A DNA stretch of 64,000 nt from Acidobacteriota bacterium (GCA_040755995.1 JBFMAF010000008.1:202549-266548); one strand, 5' to 3'; counted from the first letter of the stretch, positions 10,597 to 20,497 are shown. Numbers and translations: made by a program. The notes: generated from the sequence alone by a model not told the origin.

Positions 10597-10658
10597 AGCC
10601 CCGACTCCTCAAAGCGCACCAGTCAACTGACCACTGTCAACCGACAACTGACAACTGC

Positions 10659-12254
10659 TCACCCCTTCCACTCCAGCCATTTCAGGTAGTTCGTGTACCG
10701 TTGATGGAAGTACTTGAGCTTCAGAATGTCGTCGAACATGTGCCCGTAGAACTTCCGGCCCTTCGTCCATTCGCGCAGAGTCCGTTCGATCGAGACGAGC
10801 CGGTTCCGCACTTCCTTCTCCGAGAGTCCTTCGAGCCCTTGTTCGAACTGGGTCTCAAGGGTGGTGACCGGGTCGGTCTTGTCGAGGTTCAGCCGCTCGT
10901 ACTCGCGGCACGAGGCGTCGAAGAGGGCGCGAATCCACGTGATGCGATCGATGCGCAGGGCGCCGTTCTCCGGTTGTTCGAAGAACGGCGAGTCCGGGTT
11001 CTGTATGAGCTTGTCGTGGAGTACGAACGGCAGGATCTGCCGGATGTCTTCGAAGCAGACCTCGCGTGCGCCGCGCAGGTAGGCCATGGCTTTTACGAAG
11101 ACGAGGCTCGTCATCAACGCGCGCACGGAGAGCCCGTTCTTGGTCTGGCTGCCGAGATCCGCGACCTGGTCCTTGCCGGTCTCTTCGCCCGCGAGCGTCT
11201 GGAAGTCCACGGCTGCCAGCTTCACGGTGTCCTTGGTCATGTACTCGACCTGTTTCGCCGCCGGCTCGAAGAACTCGAACTGGCTCGCAAAGAACTCGAT
11301 GCGGCGCCGGAGCGGCGCCGGGAGCTGCACCTCCAGGACCTCCTTGTTCGCCCGATCCAGCTCCTGCTCTGTGAAGATGATCTGAGGCGGCACGACCTCC
11401 TCAGGGCGCACTCCCGCTTCGATTCTCAGGAGCAGCTCGTTGAGGAAGCGGGTGTTGAAGTGGAGCGCCTTGACGACCACGTCGATGCGGTCTCTGAGCG
11501 CCTCGATGACCTGGTAGGTGCCTCCGCCGACGTCATCGTTGGCGGTGAGGTACCAAGCGCTCTCCGGGCATTCGAATATCTGGTCATAGATCTCCGCGTA
11601 GTTGTCGGCCATGACGGTCAGTAGCGCCGATTGAGTGCGCGTCGGGATGCGATTGTACTCATCTATGATCTTGATCCGCATGCTCAGCCAGCGCCGCCAT
11701 GCGATCTTGACCGCGTCCATCGATTCGGCGGTGACCAGTGTCGACGGCAGCGGATTGCCGAGCAGATCGGCGATGGTCATCTGCGGCTGGCCGTGCTGGA
11801 TCGAACGCTTGATCTCGCGGAGCTTGTAGCCGGAGACGACACCCATGAGGATGGCGACAGCGGTCTTGCCGCGGCCCGGGCCGCCGACAAGCAGGCAGCG
11901 GCGCCGCGCCGCAAGGTTCAACAGCGGAAGCAGCACGTAGCTCGAGTAGCTCTGGTCCGAGGGCAGGTTGAGCGTGACCTTGCGATCGCCGAATTGGAAC
12001 TTCTGCGGCGGCGTGTCGTTGTACTCGATGTCGTAGAACGGACTGATGATGGCGTGGTTGGTGATCCAGAAGTAGGCCTGCCGGAGCTTCTCATCCAGAG
12101 GCTGACGGACCTCCTCTCGCGCACCGCCTGCGGCCAACGGGCCGGTGTAAAGCTCGGCCACGTCGAACTGCTTCGGGCCCGGAGCCGCCGCCGGCTTGGT
12201 CGGTGCCTCGGAGACCTGCTGGAAATGTTTGAGATCTTTCATGGGCTGCTCCAT
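10659..12254 (-). CDS. MoxR-like AAA+ ATPase
   Basis: Walker A GGPGRGKT, Walker B IIDEYNR, sensor I LTAN, ALRDRID, and sensor II SVRA. Confidence 0.88.
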   Translation of the reverse strand: MEQPMKDLKHFQQVSEAPTKPAAAPGPKQFDVAELYTGPLAAGGAREEVRQPLDEKLRQAYFWITNHAIISPFYDIEYNDTPPQKFQFGDRKVTLNLPSDQSYSSYVLLPLLNLAARRRCLLVGGPGRGKTAVAILMGVVSGYKLREIKRSIQHGQPQMTIADLLGNPLPSTLVTAESMDAVKIAWRRWLSMRIKIIDEYNRIPTRTQSALLTVMADNYAEIYDQIFECPESAWYLTANDDVGGGTYQVIEALRDRIDVVVKALHFNTRFLNELLLRIEAGVRPEEVVPPQIIFTEQELDRANKEVLEVQLPAPLRRRIEFFASQFEFFEPAAKQVEYMTKDTVKLAAVDFQTLAGEETGKDQVADLGSQTKNGLSVRALMTSLVFVKAMAYLRGAREVCFEDIRQILPFVLHDKLIQNPDSPFFEQPENGALRIDRITWIRALFDASCREYERLNLDKTDPVTTLETQFEQGLEGLSEKEVRNRLVSIERTLREWTKGRKFYGHMFDDILKLKYFHQRYTNYLKWLEWKG

Positions 12255-12505
12255 CTACGCCACCGCCCGCGTGTCTTCCGTTTGTCTGCACTCCCGCGGG
12301 CACCTCATCTCAGGATAACACACCGATCCGGCCAGCGCGAACCCCGGAACGCTGAATTCCTTCCTGGTGCACTGACTGGATCACTCGCCTCCGGGCCAGG
12401 GCCGGGCTTCGCCGTGGAGCACTCGAGCACTACCGGGTGTTCCCTCCCCGCCGTGACAGTGGAGCCCCACACACTCGGTGGATGCACCCCGCAACGACCC
12501 CTGGC

Positions 12506-12534
12506 TTGCGTAGCTACAAATCAATAGTTATAGT
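12506..12534 (+). promoter_or_regulatory. Sigma70-like promoter for brnTA
   Basis: TTGCGT-17 bp-TATAGT just upstream of the ATG at 12544. Confidence 0.5.
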
Positions 12535-12543
12535 ACTTGTGCG

Positions 12544-12849
12544 ATGGTCGTGTTTGAATGGGATCCGAGCAAGTCGCGCATCAACAGACGAAAACACGGC
12601 ATCAGCTTCGATATGTCACGGCGCGTGTTCGAGGATCCAGATGCGCTCAGCGTGCACGATCGAATCGAGGATGGCGAACGGCGATGGCGGACGTTGGGGA
12701 TGGTGGGAGGCGTCTTGCTCGTGTTGGTCGCGCATTCAGTGAGGCAGGAGGGCGACGATGAGGTCATTCGGGTCATCTCAGCGCGCCGCGCGGATCGCAA
12801 GGAGAGGAGACGGTATGAGGAAGCACGTCAAGTCCGTTGCACGCGTTAG
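12544..12849 (+). CDS. brnT: BrnT family toxin
   Basis: FEWDPSKSRINRRKHGISF...GERRWRTLG...IRVISARRA. Confidence 0.93.
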   Translation: MVVFEWDPSKSRINRRKHGISFDMSRRVFEDPDALSVHDRIEDGERRWRTLGMVGGVLLVLVAHSVRQEGDDEVIRVISARRADRKERRRYEEARQVRCTR

Positions 12850-13138
12850 ACCCTTGACGGCGAAGCAGTGCCGAGAGATAGCTGCCCTGGCCGCGCGGCC
12901 AGACAGTGAGATCGATTACACGGACATCCCGCGGCTCCCTGAGGCTGTGTGGAAGAACGCTGTCAAGAATCCCTGGTACCGGCCACTCAAGCAGCAGTTG
13001 ACCGTCAGACTGGATGCTGATGTCGTCGGCTGGCTGCGAGCCCGGGGCAGGGGATACCAGACCAGGATGAACGCGCTGCTCCGAGACGCGATGCTCAAAG
13101 AACTCGCCAAGCGCGGTACCTCCAACCGAAGATCGTGA
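12815..13138 (+). CDS. brnA: BrnA antitoxin
   Basis: IDYTDIP...KQQLTVRLDADVVGWLR..GRGYQTRMNALLR; ATG at 12815 overlaps brnT. Confidence 0.92.
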   Translation: MRKHVKSVARVRPLTAKQCREIAALAARPDSEIDYTDIPRLPEAVWKNAVKNPWYRPLKQQLTVRLDADVVGWLRARGRGYQTRMNALLRDAMLKELAKRGTSNRRS

Positions 13139-13252
13139 GCTCCTGGACGAGCTGAGCCGCGAAATCAGCCAGCAGCGACCACGGGCGATTGCCGCTAGCG
13201 GCCTCGTGAGTGATAGACTTCGGTTGATCGAGAGTGGAGGAGGCGAGGCGCG

Positions 13253-14122
13253 TTGGCGATTCGGGCGAACATCAACGGCAGGATGTGCACCGAGGCGGAG
13301 GCGGTCGTTTCCGTATTCGACCACGGGTTTCTGTACGGAGAGGGCGTGTACGAGACGCTGAGAACGTACCGCCGCAAGCCGTTCCTCTTCGACCGCCACC
13401 TTCGCCGCCTGCGGGCGTCGGCGTCGATGATCGATCTGGACGTGCCGCTCACGGGCGATTGCCTGTTGGCGCGCATGGAAGAAACGGCGGCGGACCTGAA
13501 CGCGGAGGGGGAGATCTACTTCAGGATCCTCTTGACGCGCGGGCCCGGCGATTTCTGTTACGACCTCAACGCCTGTCCCGAGCCGACGCTGGTCATCATA
13601 GCCAGGCCGTTCGCCCCGCCGCCCGAGGAGGTCTATGCGCGCGGGATCCGGGTGTCAGTGGTGTCGACCACGCGGAGCTATCCGAACTCGATCAATCCGC
13701 TGATCAAGTCGAACAACCTGCTCCCAAACGCGCTCGCCATGCGCGAGGCGCGCAAGCGAGGCGCCTATGAGGGGGTCATGGTCAACTTCCGCGGCGAGAT
13801 CACCGAGTGCTCCCAGTCGAACTTCTTCGTAGTGGAGCAGGGACAGGTGCTGACGCCGCCGCTTGAAAGCGGCCTGCTCGCCGGCATCACCCGCGAGCTC
13901 GTTCTCGAGATCAGCGCCGAAGCGCAGCTGTCGACTCGCGAGTGCGTGCTCCGGGTCCGCGATCTGCTCGACGCCGACGAGGCGTTTCTGACCAGCACGA
14001 CGCGAGAGGTCGTGCCAATCGTGCGCGTGGATGGACACGTGATCGGGTCGGGGCAGCCGGGTCCGATTACACGAATGTTGCTCGATCGTTTCCGAACGAA
14101 GGCGCTGGAGCTCAGCAGTTGA
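13253..14122 (+). CDS. Aminotransferase class IV (IlvE/D-amino acid aminotransferase-like)
   Basis: DHGFLYGEGVYETLR, PLP lysine in IKSNN, ITECSQSNFF, LLAGITR and EAFLTSTT. Confidence 0.9.
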   Translation: MAIRANINGRMCTEAEAVVSVFDHGFLYGEGVYETLRTYRRKPFLFDRHLRRLRASASMIDLDVPLTGDCLLARMEETAADLNAEGEIYFRILLTRGPGDFCYDLNACPEPTLVIIARPFAPPPEEVYARGIRVSVVSTTRSYPNSINPLIKSNNLLPNALAMREARKRGAYEGVMVNFRGEITECSQSNFFVVEQGQVLTPPLESGLLAGITRELVLEISAEAQLSTRECVLRVRDLLDADEAFLTSTTREVVPIVRVDGHVIGSGQPGPITRMLLDRFRTKALELSS

Positions 14123-14145
14123 CCTCGCTGTAGCGGAGATTGCAC

Positions 14146-15228
14146 ATGAAGTGGGTTGACATCCTATTCAACGGAAACCGCACCATCGATTGCGCCGTGG
14201 CCCTCGGCGTCGCCGTGGGTTTCATGTCGCTGCTGTTTCTTTTCAAGCGCCTCGTAGTCCATCAATTGGCGGCGCACGCCAGGAAGACGCAGACGCGGGT
14301 CGACGACATCCTGATGGACGTTCTCGGTCGCACCAGACCGTGGCTGCTCCTTCCGCTGGCGCTGCACATCGGGGCGCAGGCGCTGGCGCTGCCGCCGAAG
14401 GTCGAGTATCTTCTGGCCAAGCTCACCGTGATTGCGCTGTTGATCCAGGCAGCCATCTGGCTCAACCGGGCCGTGGTGAACTGGCTTACCCATGCCGTCA
14501 GCGCGACACGCGAGCAGGACGCGGCGGACAAGACGACTCTGGCGATTCTCGGCTTTGTGGCTCGCACGGCGCTGTGGAGCACAGCGTTGCTGCTGGCACT
14601 GGACAACCTCGGTTTCGATATAACGGCGCTGCTCACGGGCCTCGGTATCGGCGGGATTGCCGTGGCCCTGGCCGCACAGAACATACTCGGTGACCTCTTC
14701 GCATCCCTCTCGATCGCCCTGGACAAACCCTTCGTCATCGGTGATTTCATCATCGTCGACGATATCCAGGGGACGGTCGAGCACGTCGGCCTGAAGACGA
14801 CGCACATCCGGAGCCTCGGCGGCGAACGGATCGTTGTCAGCAACACGGACCTTCTCAAGAGCCGCATCCGAAACTACAAGGATATGAAGGAGAGGCGCGT
14901 GCTCTTCACCTTCGGCCTCACCTACCAGACACCGGCCGACAAAATCGACAGGATATCGGCATGGGTGCGAGAGATCATCGATGCTCAACCGAAGGCACGC
15001 TGCGATCGCGCACATTTCAAGGAATACGCGGATTCGGCGCTCAGCTTCGAGATCGTCTACTTCGTCCTCGATCCAGACTACACGGCGTACATGGATCTAC
15101 AGCAGAAGATCAACATCGCCCTGTTCCGGCGTTTTCAGGAAGAGGGCGTCGAGTTCGCGTACCCGACGCGCACCGTGTACGTGGCGCCAACGGGGCCGAC
15201 ATCGCCGCCGGAGGCGGGCAATCGATGA
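14146..15228 (+). CDS. Small-conductance mechanosensitive channel (MscS family)
   Basis: GLGIGGIAVALAAQNIL..DKPFVIGDFI..GTVEHVGLKTT and FAYPTRT; multiple TM segments. Confidence 0.93.
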   Translation: MKWVDILFNGNRTIDCAVALGVAVGFMSLLFLFKRLVVHQLAAHARKTQTRVDDILMDVLGRTRPWLLLPLALHIGAQALALPPKVEYLLAKLTVIALLIQAAIWLNRAVVNWLTHAVSATREQDAADKTTLAILGFVARTALWSTALLLALDNLGFDITALLTGLGIGGIAVALAAQNILGDLFASLSIALDKPFVIGDFIIVDDIQGTVEHVGLKTTHIRSLGGERIVVSNTDLLKSRIRNYKDMKERRVLFTFGLTYQTPADKIDRISAWVREIIDAQPKARCDRAHFKEYADSALSFEIVYFVLDPDYTAYMDLQQKINIALFRRFQEEGVEFAYPTRTVYVAPTGPTSPPEAGNR

Positions 15229-15238
15229 TCGAACCCTC

Positions 15239-15264
15239 GTAGGGGCACGGCGCGCCGTGCCCCT
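15239..15264 (+). repeat. GTAG-type REP-like palindrome
   Basis: GT followed by the perfect 24-bp palindrome AGGGGCACGGCG|CGCCGTGCCCCT, between convergent genes. Confidence 0.65.
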
Positions 15265-15294
15265 GCTACCGCGCGCACGCGCGTGGCAGACGCG

Positions 15295-16353
15295 TCACGA
15301 CGCGTATACGAGGCGGCCGGAAGAGGCGAGCTCGTGCCAGCAGCGGCGGTCGGGATCGAAGATCGCCCAGATGAAGCCCGCCCCCACAACTCCCAGCGAC
15401 AACAACGAGACGACGGAAAATAGGGCTGCTTTCAATGCGCCGTGATGCCCGTTGGTCGAGAAGCGCATGCCGAAGAGTGCCAAGCCCGGCGTTACGCCGA
15501 CTGAAGGGAGGAAGAAGAGGTCGTACATGGTGTGAAACACCACGAACAGAAGAGCGAACGCCAGCCAGTTTTCCGCAAGCATGCTCGAGAGCCGCTGATC
15601 GAGCACCTTCTGCGCGCTGAACACTGCGACGATCCACGGAATGGCGACCACCAGCGTATCGCAGAGAGCGGCCAGGGCCTTGATGCCGGTGGTAGGCTCG
15701 CCCGTCTCTTCTGCCCGCTCTTCAAGCAGCTCGGGCGTGAACAGCGGTTGCTGGTCGAGCTTCTTGACCCTCTCAGCCCCTGCTTTGCCCTTCTCGACCG
15801 GCGGTCTCTGAGCCAACGGCGGCGGAGGTCCCATCGACAGAGTAGGCTCACGCGGACCGGCTACCTCAGCGGCCACCGCCTGCTCATGGGGCTCCGCCGC
15901 GGGCGCGGCGCCCTTCGCCATCTGCGGCGTCTTCTCGACCTTCGGGTGGTGCCGTATGGCCGGCGGGGGGACGGCAGCCGCCTTTTCCCGGCGAGCCTGA
16001 ACCTTCTTCTTGATGTCGCTCTTCCACACCTCGGCAGGCACCGGCACTACCTCGGGCGGAGGCGCCTCTTCGATCTTCACCTCGGGCCCCGGGGGCGGGT
16101 GCACATCCACTGGCACCGGCTGCGCACCCGCAGGCTGCGGTTCTACACTCACCGGCGTCGGAATCGCATCCTCCCTGAGAGGCAACTCCTGCACAGCCGG
16201 CGCAGGTGGAACGGCTTTGCGAAGCGTAACCGATTCGGCACCCGCCGGCGCCGCCGCCGCCTCGGGGGGCGGCTCCTTGTGGAGCAGGCTACCGCACTTC
16301 TTGCACTTCTCGGTTTCGGTGAAGCTGACGTAGCCGCAATTAGGACACTTCAT
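15295..16353 (-). CDS. Zinc-ribbon + Pro-rich linker + RDD-family membrane protein
   Basis: N-terminal CPNC...CKKC; C-terminal TMs with TPG..LFG and DRRCWHELAS. Confidence 0.75.
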   Translation of the reverse strand: MKCPNCGYVSFTETEKCKKCGSLLHKEPPPEAAAAPAGAESVTLRKAVPPAPAVQELPLREDAIPTPVSVEPQPAGAQPVPVDVHPPPGPEVKIEEAPPPEVVPVPAEVWKSDIKKKVQARREKAAAVPPPAIRHHPKVEKTPQMAKGAAPAAEPHEQAVAAEVAGPREPTLSMGPPPPLAQRPPVEKGKAGAERVKKLDQQPLFTPELLEERAEETGEPTTGIKALAALCDTLVVAIPWIVAVFSAQKVLDQRLSSMLAENWLAFALLFVVFHTMYDLFFLPSVGVTPGLALFGMRFSTNGHHGALKAALFSVVSLLSLGVVGAGFIWAIFDPDRRCWHELASSGRLVYAS

Positions 16354-16361
16354 TTAGCCGC

Positions 16362-18425
16362 TTACTCTCTGAGTCGCTGGAACTTGATGTAGACCTGCAA
16401 GCTGCGATCGGCGGGCTGGTCCTTGTATCGCCTGATCACGGCCAGCTGGCGGAGGATCTCCTCGTCCTCCGGCCTTCCTTCCAGCGCCTTTCGGAAATTC
16501 AGGTCGGCTTGCGCAAGATTCAGCTCCCTCATCGCGATGATGCCGATGTTGTAGTAAGCCTTGGACAGCAGAGTGCGCGCATCCTGATTGCCCGGCTCGA
16601 TTTCGATCACACGCGAGAAGCTCTGTACGGCTCTCTCGAAATTCGCGGAGGAGAAACTGGTCCTGCCTTCGGCCATGTACTTGCGAGCTTCGGCCGAGGG
16701 CGCGGGAGCAGCCGGTTTCTGGGACGGTTCGGCGGCAGGCGTCTGCGCCGCTTGCGGAGCAGACGGCTCCTCAAGGAGCCTTCGCTGTGCCTCTGCGATC
16801 GCGGCCGCCGCCTTCGGATACAATGGCGAATCCGACGGAATCTTCTGCAGGTAGTAGATGCCATCCAGGTACTGGCTGTTGTCGAGGAGGCGCTGGCCCT
16901 GCAGCATGTATGCCTCATCACCCTTCGGCACAGGCAGCGCCTCGGAAGTCGATGTGTCCCCTTCTCCCGTCGAATCCAGGCCGGCGCTGAATGAGCTGAA
17001 GATACTGTCGCGGTAAAGGAAGAGGATCGCAGCCAGAGCGAGGCCGACGCCGAAAACGGCGGCGGACACGATTAGGAAATACCGCCTGCCAGCCTTGGCC
17101 GGAGGTCCGACTCTAGCCACCACCTCCTCGATCTTCTTCGGAGGCGGTGTGACGGGAGCCGAGGGCGCCGCGATCATTGCGGGCGCAGGCGCCGCAGCGG
17201 GCGCCGCCACCGGCGCGGGAACCTCTTCTACCGGTTCCAGCTCGAGTTCTTCGACAACAGGTTCCTCGGACGGCAGGCTGCTCTCGAGTTCCCTGACCAT
17301 CGCGATCGCCCCGGTATGCTCCGGGTCGACCTCTACAGCCTTCTTCGCCTCGTTGAACGCCAGGACGATATTGCCTCCGCGGCGATGCTCCTGCGCGTAC
17401 TCATAGTGTCGCTCGGCCTTCTCGCGGCGCTTCGCCGACTGCACTGCCCGCGAGAGGGAGACCGCCTGGCTATTACCCGGTTGCAGTGACAGAGCCTCTT
17501 GAACCTTCGCCGAAGCCCTGTCCCAATCCTGATCCTGCACCGCGAGGCGCGCCTCCGAAAGGATCCCATCGATTCGCGCCCGCATCTGCTCCTGCTCGAT
17601 CTCATACCTCAGCTGCTCGCTCATCGCGCGGGCTTCGGCGTGATCGGGGAGGCGCGCCAGGAGCCCAGCCAGGCATCCCATCGCTTCCTGTCTGAGTCCC
17701 TTCGACTGCAGGTCGCGCGCGCGGTGGAGCGTCTCGTTGAGCTCGCGTTGCTGCTCTTCCAGGGCCCTGCGCGCTCGAGCGATGGCCTCACGGCCGGCCT
17801 CGTGCGCATCATCCACCACCAGGATGCGACCCCAGACGTTGATGGCCTCCTGGTAGTTGCCCTCGTCGAAGTTCCTCTGCCCCTCGCTGATGAGGCGGCC
17901 GAGCATCTCCTGCTGCTCGGGTGTGTACCGCGGCGCGGGCCTGGCGGCGTCACAACGTGCCAGCAGAGCGTCGAGGTCCGGGTTGCCCGGATCGACCGAT
18001 TCAATCTTCATCCATTCGTCGCGCGCGGCGGCGATGTCGCCCTGCGCGAAATACTCCTCCCCCTTCTGCAACAGCTCTCTGACGAAGGGCTCGGAATCCA
18101 CTCTCTGTTGCGAGACGTGCAAAATCTCCGAGGCACGCGCGAAGTCGGGGTCGAGATCGAGAATCATCTTTGAGGCGGAGATGGCCTTCGCGTAGTCCCT
18201 GATTTCGAGGGCCAGTTCGGCCTCTTTCATGTGTTCCTGAATGAAGGGTTCGGCATCCAGCTTGTCGGCCGCGCGAGCACGTAGGGTCTCCGCCTCGGTG
18301 AGGAATGGGTTTTCCTTGAGAAGGGTCGTGGCCCTCTCGATGACCTCCGCGAATTCCCTTTCGTCGAAGAGCCGGCGCAGGTCCGCGATGCCATCCGGTG
18401 CGGCCAGAAAAGGATTCTCTTCCAT
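16362..18425 (-). CDS. Bitopic TPR-repeat protein
   Basis: Repeated helical TPR units ending LDP/VDP/LQP/IEP, with one TM segment near aa 450-470. Confidence 0.8.
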   Translation of the reverse strand: MEENPFLAAPDGIADLRRLFDEREFAEVIERATTLLKENPFLTEAETLRARAADKLDAEPFIQEHMKEAELALEIRDYAKAISASKMILDLDPDFARASEILHVSQQRVDSEPFVRELLQKGEEYFAQGDIAAARDEWMKIESVDPGNPDLDALLARCDAARPAPRYTPEQQEMLGRLISEGQRNFDEGNYQEAINVWGRILVVDDAHEAGREAIARARRALEEQQRELNETLHRARDLQSKGLRQEAMGCLAGLLARLPDHAEARAMSEQLRYEIEQEQMRARIDGILSEARLAVQDQDWDRASAKVQEALSLQPGNSQAVSLSRAVQSAKRREKAERHYEYAQEHRRGGNIVLAFNEAKKAVEVDPEHTGAIAMVRELESSLPSEEPVVEELELEPVEEVPAPVAAPAAAPAPAMIAAPSAPVTPPPKKIEEVVARVGPPAKAGRRYFLIVSAAVFGVGLALAAILFLYRDSIFSSFSAGLDSTGEGDTSTSEALPVPKGDEAYMLQGQRLLDNSQYLDGIYYLQKIPSDSPLYPKAAAAIAEAQRRLLEEPSAPQAAQTPAAEPSQKPAAPAPSAEARKYMAEGRTSFSSANFERAVQSFSRVIEIEPGNQDARTLLSKAYYNIGIIAMRELNLAQADLNFRKALEGRPEDEEILRQLAVIRRYKDQPADRSLQVYIKFQRLRE

Positions 18426-18449
18426 AGATTCTCAGAAAAGTATCAGTTG

Positions 18450-18479
18450 ACTTTAGCAAAAAGCGGCGGCTTTGGTCAA
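18450..18479 (-). promoter_or_regulatory. Sigma70-like promoter for the TPR-RDD genes
   Basis: Minus strand TTGACC-18 bp-TAAAGT with an extended TG. Confidence 0.45.
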
Positions 18480-18526
18480 ATCGCCGACTCGCCTCGGTGC
18501 GGGGGACACAGAGCGTGGCTCCATGT

Positions 18527-18556
18527 TTGACCCTGGTGTGACCGAGGCGCTAGAAT
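18527..18556 (+). promoter_or_regulatory. Sigma70-like promoter for the Uma2 gene
   Basis: TTGACC-18 bp-TAGAAT, which supports the 18601 start over 18472. Confidence 0.5.
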
Positions 18557-18600
18557 ATGGGCGTTGCAGGCAAGACTGGCGCAGAGAAGGGGTTCTTTCC

Positions 18601-19314
18601 ATGGCCACGCAGAGAGCAGCGATCTTGCACCGAGTCGACTACCCGGATTCTGACGGGAAGCCGATGGGGGAGTCAGACGTTCATCGCGATGAGATGATCG
18701 GTGCCATCGAGGCTCTGAAGGATCACTTTCGCGACCATGCTGAGGTATATGTTGCCGGAGACCTGCTGCTCTATTACGAGGAAGGGGACCCGGCGGCGGT
18801 CGTGGTCCCGGACGTGATGGTCGTCAGAGGCGTAGCGAAACGGTTGAGGAGGAGCTACAAGCTCTGGGAAGAGCAGCACGGGCCAGAGCTGGTGATTGAG
18901 ATATCGTCACGCTCGACGCGACTGGAGGATCTCGGAACGAAACGGGCGTTGTACGAGATGCTCGGAGTGCAGGAGTACTTACTGTTCGACCCGCTGGAGG
19001 AGTATCTGAAGCCATCTTTCCAGGGTTTCATCCTGGCCGGAGGGCGGTATGTGCCGTTAGCGCCCGAGGCGGATGGAAGCTTCCTCAGCGGTGCGCTCGG
19101 GCTGCGATTCCGCCGGGAGGGCTCCCATCTTCGAATCATCGACGCTGCCACCGGCGAACCTCTTTCGACACCGTCTGAGGCCATGAAGAGGGCGCGGGCT
19201 GAGGCGGAGGCTCGTGCACACGCAGACGAGCGGGCGGCGCGGGCCGAGGCGGAGCTGGAGCGGTTGCGGGCGTTGCTCGGCGGCTCCGCCGCGAAAGACG
19301 AGCAGAAGAGATAG
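18601..19314 (+). CDS. Uma2 family (DUF820) PD-(D/E)XK endonuclease-like protein
   Basis: YPDSDGKPMGES, VVPDVMVV, PELVIEISS, K..LY..LGVQEYLLFDP, and a coiled-coil tail. Confidence 0.92.
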   Translation: MATQRAAILHRVDYPDSDGKPMGESDVHRDEMIGAIEALKDHFRDHAEVYVAGDLLLYYEEGDPAAVVVPDVMVVRGVAKRLRRSYKLWEEQHGPELVIEISSRSTRLEDLGTKRALYEMLGVQEYLLFDPLEEYLKPSFQGFILAGGRYVPLAPEADGSFLSGALGLRFRREGSHLRIIDAATGEPLSTPSEAMKRARAEAEARAHADERAARAEAELERLRALLGGSAAKDEQKR

Positions 19315-19463
19315 TCGCGTCGATCACGCCCAGCGGCGACAAGCCGGTGTCGGCGTGCAGAAATGTGCATTTTGTCACACATCCAGGCCGCTTCGGCCCA
19401 CGCACGCGATACGCCACTTGCAGGCTGAGGCGGTATGGGATATTTAAGGAGAATGAGCGGGGG

Positions 19464-19844
19464 GTGAGTGTGGACATAGTTCTGAAGAATGCAGGCAGAT
19501 GGACGAGGTTGGTGATTTGCCTGGTCGGGTTTTCCGCCTCGTCGGCGTTCGCGAAGGTTGACGTCAAGGAGCAGCTGGCGTTCGGAAACAAGGCGGCGCT
19601 GCAGGATCTTTGGAACGAGGCGAAGTTCCGGTGGCTGAAGGTTCTGCAGGTCGATCCCGGCAACGGCGCCGCTCACAACAACCTCGGGGTGGCGTTCGAG
19701 AAGGAAGGCAAGATGGAGGCGGCGGTGGAGGAATACCGGAAGGCGGTGAAGGCTCTGCCGGGCAACTCGTACGCGCAGAAGAACTTGCAACGCTGCCAGG
19801 AACTGCTGAAGACCGCCCAAGGAGCGAAGGAGGAGAAGAAATGA
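19464..19844 (+). CDS. Exported TPR protein
   Basis: Signal-like segment ending ASSAFA; TPR motif AAHNNLGVAFEKEG. Start uncertain (GTG 19464 or 19470). Confidence 0.8.
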   Translation: MSVDIVLKNAGRWTRLVICLVGFSASSAFAKVDVKEQLAFGNKAALQDLWNEAKFRWLKVLQVDPGNGAAHNNLGVAFEKEGKMEAAVEEYRKAVKALPGNSYAQKNLQRCQELLKTAQGAKEEKK

Positions 19845-20497
19845 GGTCGCTGGCATTGCTTCTTTTTGCCGCGGCGGCGGCCTTTGCCGGTGAGACAGAA
19901 GTGATGATACACGTGCCGGTGAATCCTCGCATCGACATGTCGAAATACGATTCCATACTGGTGATGAACTTTGTCACTTCCGGATCGAGTTATGAGAAGT
20001 TCGACGTGAACCAGGAGACCGTCAAGTTCCTGCGGAACGAGTTGAAGGCGCGGTCGACTGTGAAGGTCTTGGACCCGATGGAGGCGCCCATCGTCGAAGG
20101 CGCTGCCGACACGGTGTTCCAGGACGCGAGCTACTGGCAGCACGTCGGTGCGCTCTACCCGGGCGCGCTGATCGTTTCGGGGCGCTTGGGGCTGAAGGTG
20201 GAACAGCGGTCGGGGTTCACGACCGAGGAGGTTATCTCACCGACGACCGGCCTGCCCGTCCGCGTGCAGCGTTTCAAGGAGGGCAGGTATTTCGTACTCG
20301 AGATGGATGCGTACTTCATCGAGGGCTCGACGGGGACGCCGGTGTTGCAGGAGACCTTTCGCGAGGAGCTCCTGCACGACAATCCCGACCAGCCCGCGCT
20401 GTACGGCTACTACGACCTGATGGATCGAATCCTCCCGCGTTTTCTGAGCGCCGTGATTTCACAGAAATACGTTGAAACGAGGTATCTTCTAGACTGA
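19841..20497 (+). CDS. Exported hypothetical protein (possibly CsgG/TolB-N-like fold)
   Basis: Signal peptide MRSLALLLFAAAAAFA; ATG overlaps the TPR stop. The fold guess is inference. Confidence 0.7.
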   Translation: MRSLALLLFAAAAAFAGETEVMIHVPVNPRIDMSKYDSILVMNFVTSGSSYEKFDVNQETVKFLRNELKARSTVKVLDPMEAPIVEGAADTVFQDASYWQHVGALYPGALIVSGRLGLKVEQRSGFTTEEVISPTTGLPVRVQRFKEGRYFVLEMDAYFIEGSTGTPVLQETFREELLHDNPDQPALYGYYDLMDRILPRFLSAVISQKYVETRYLLD

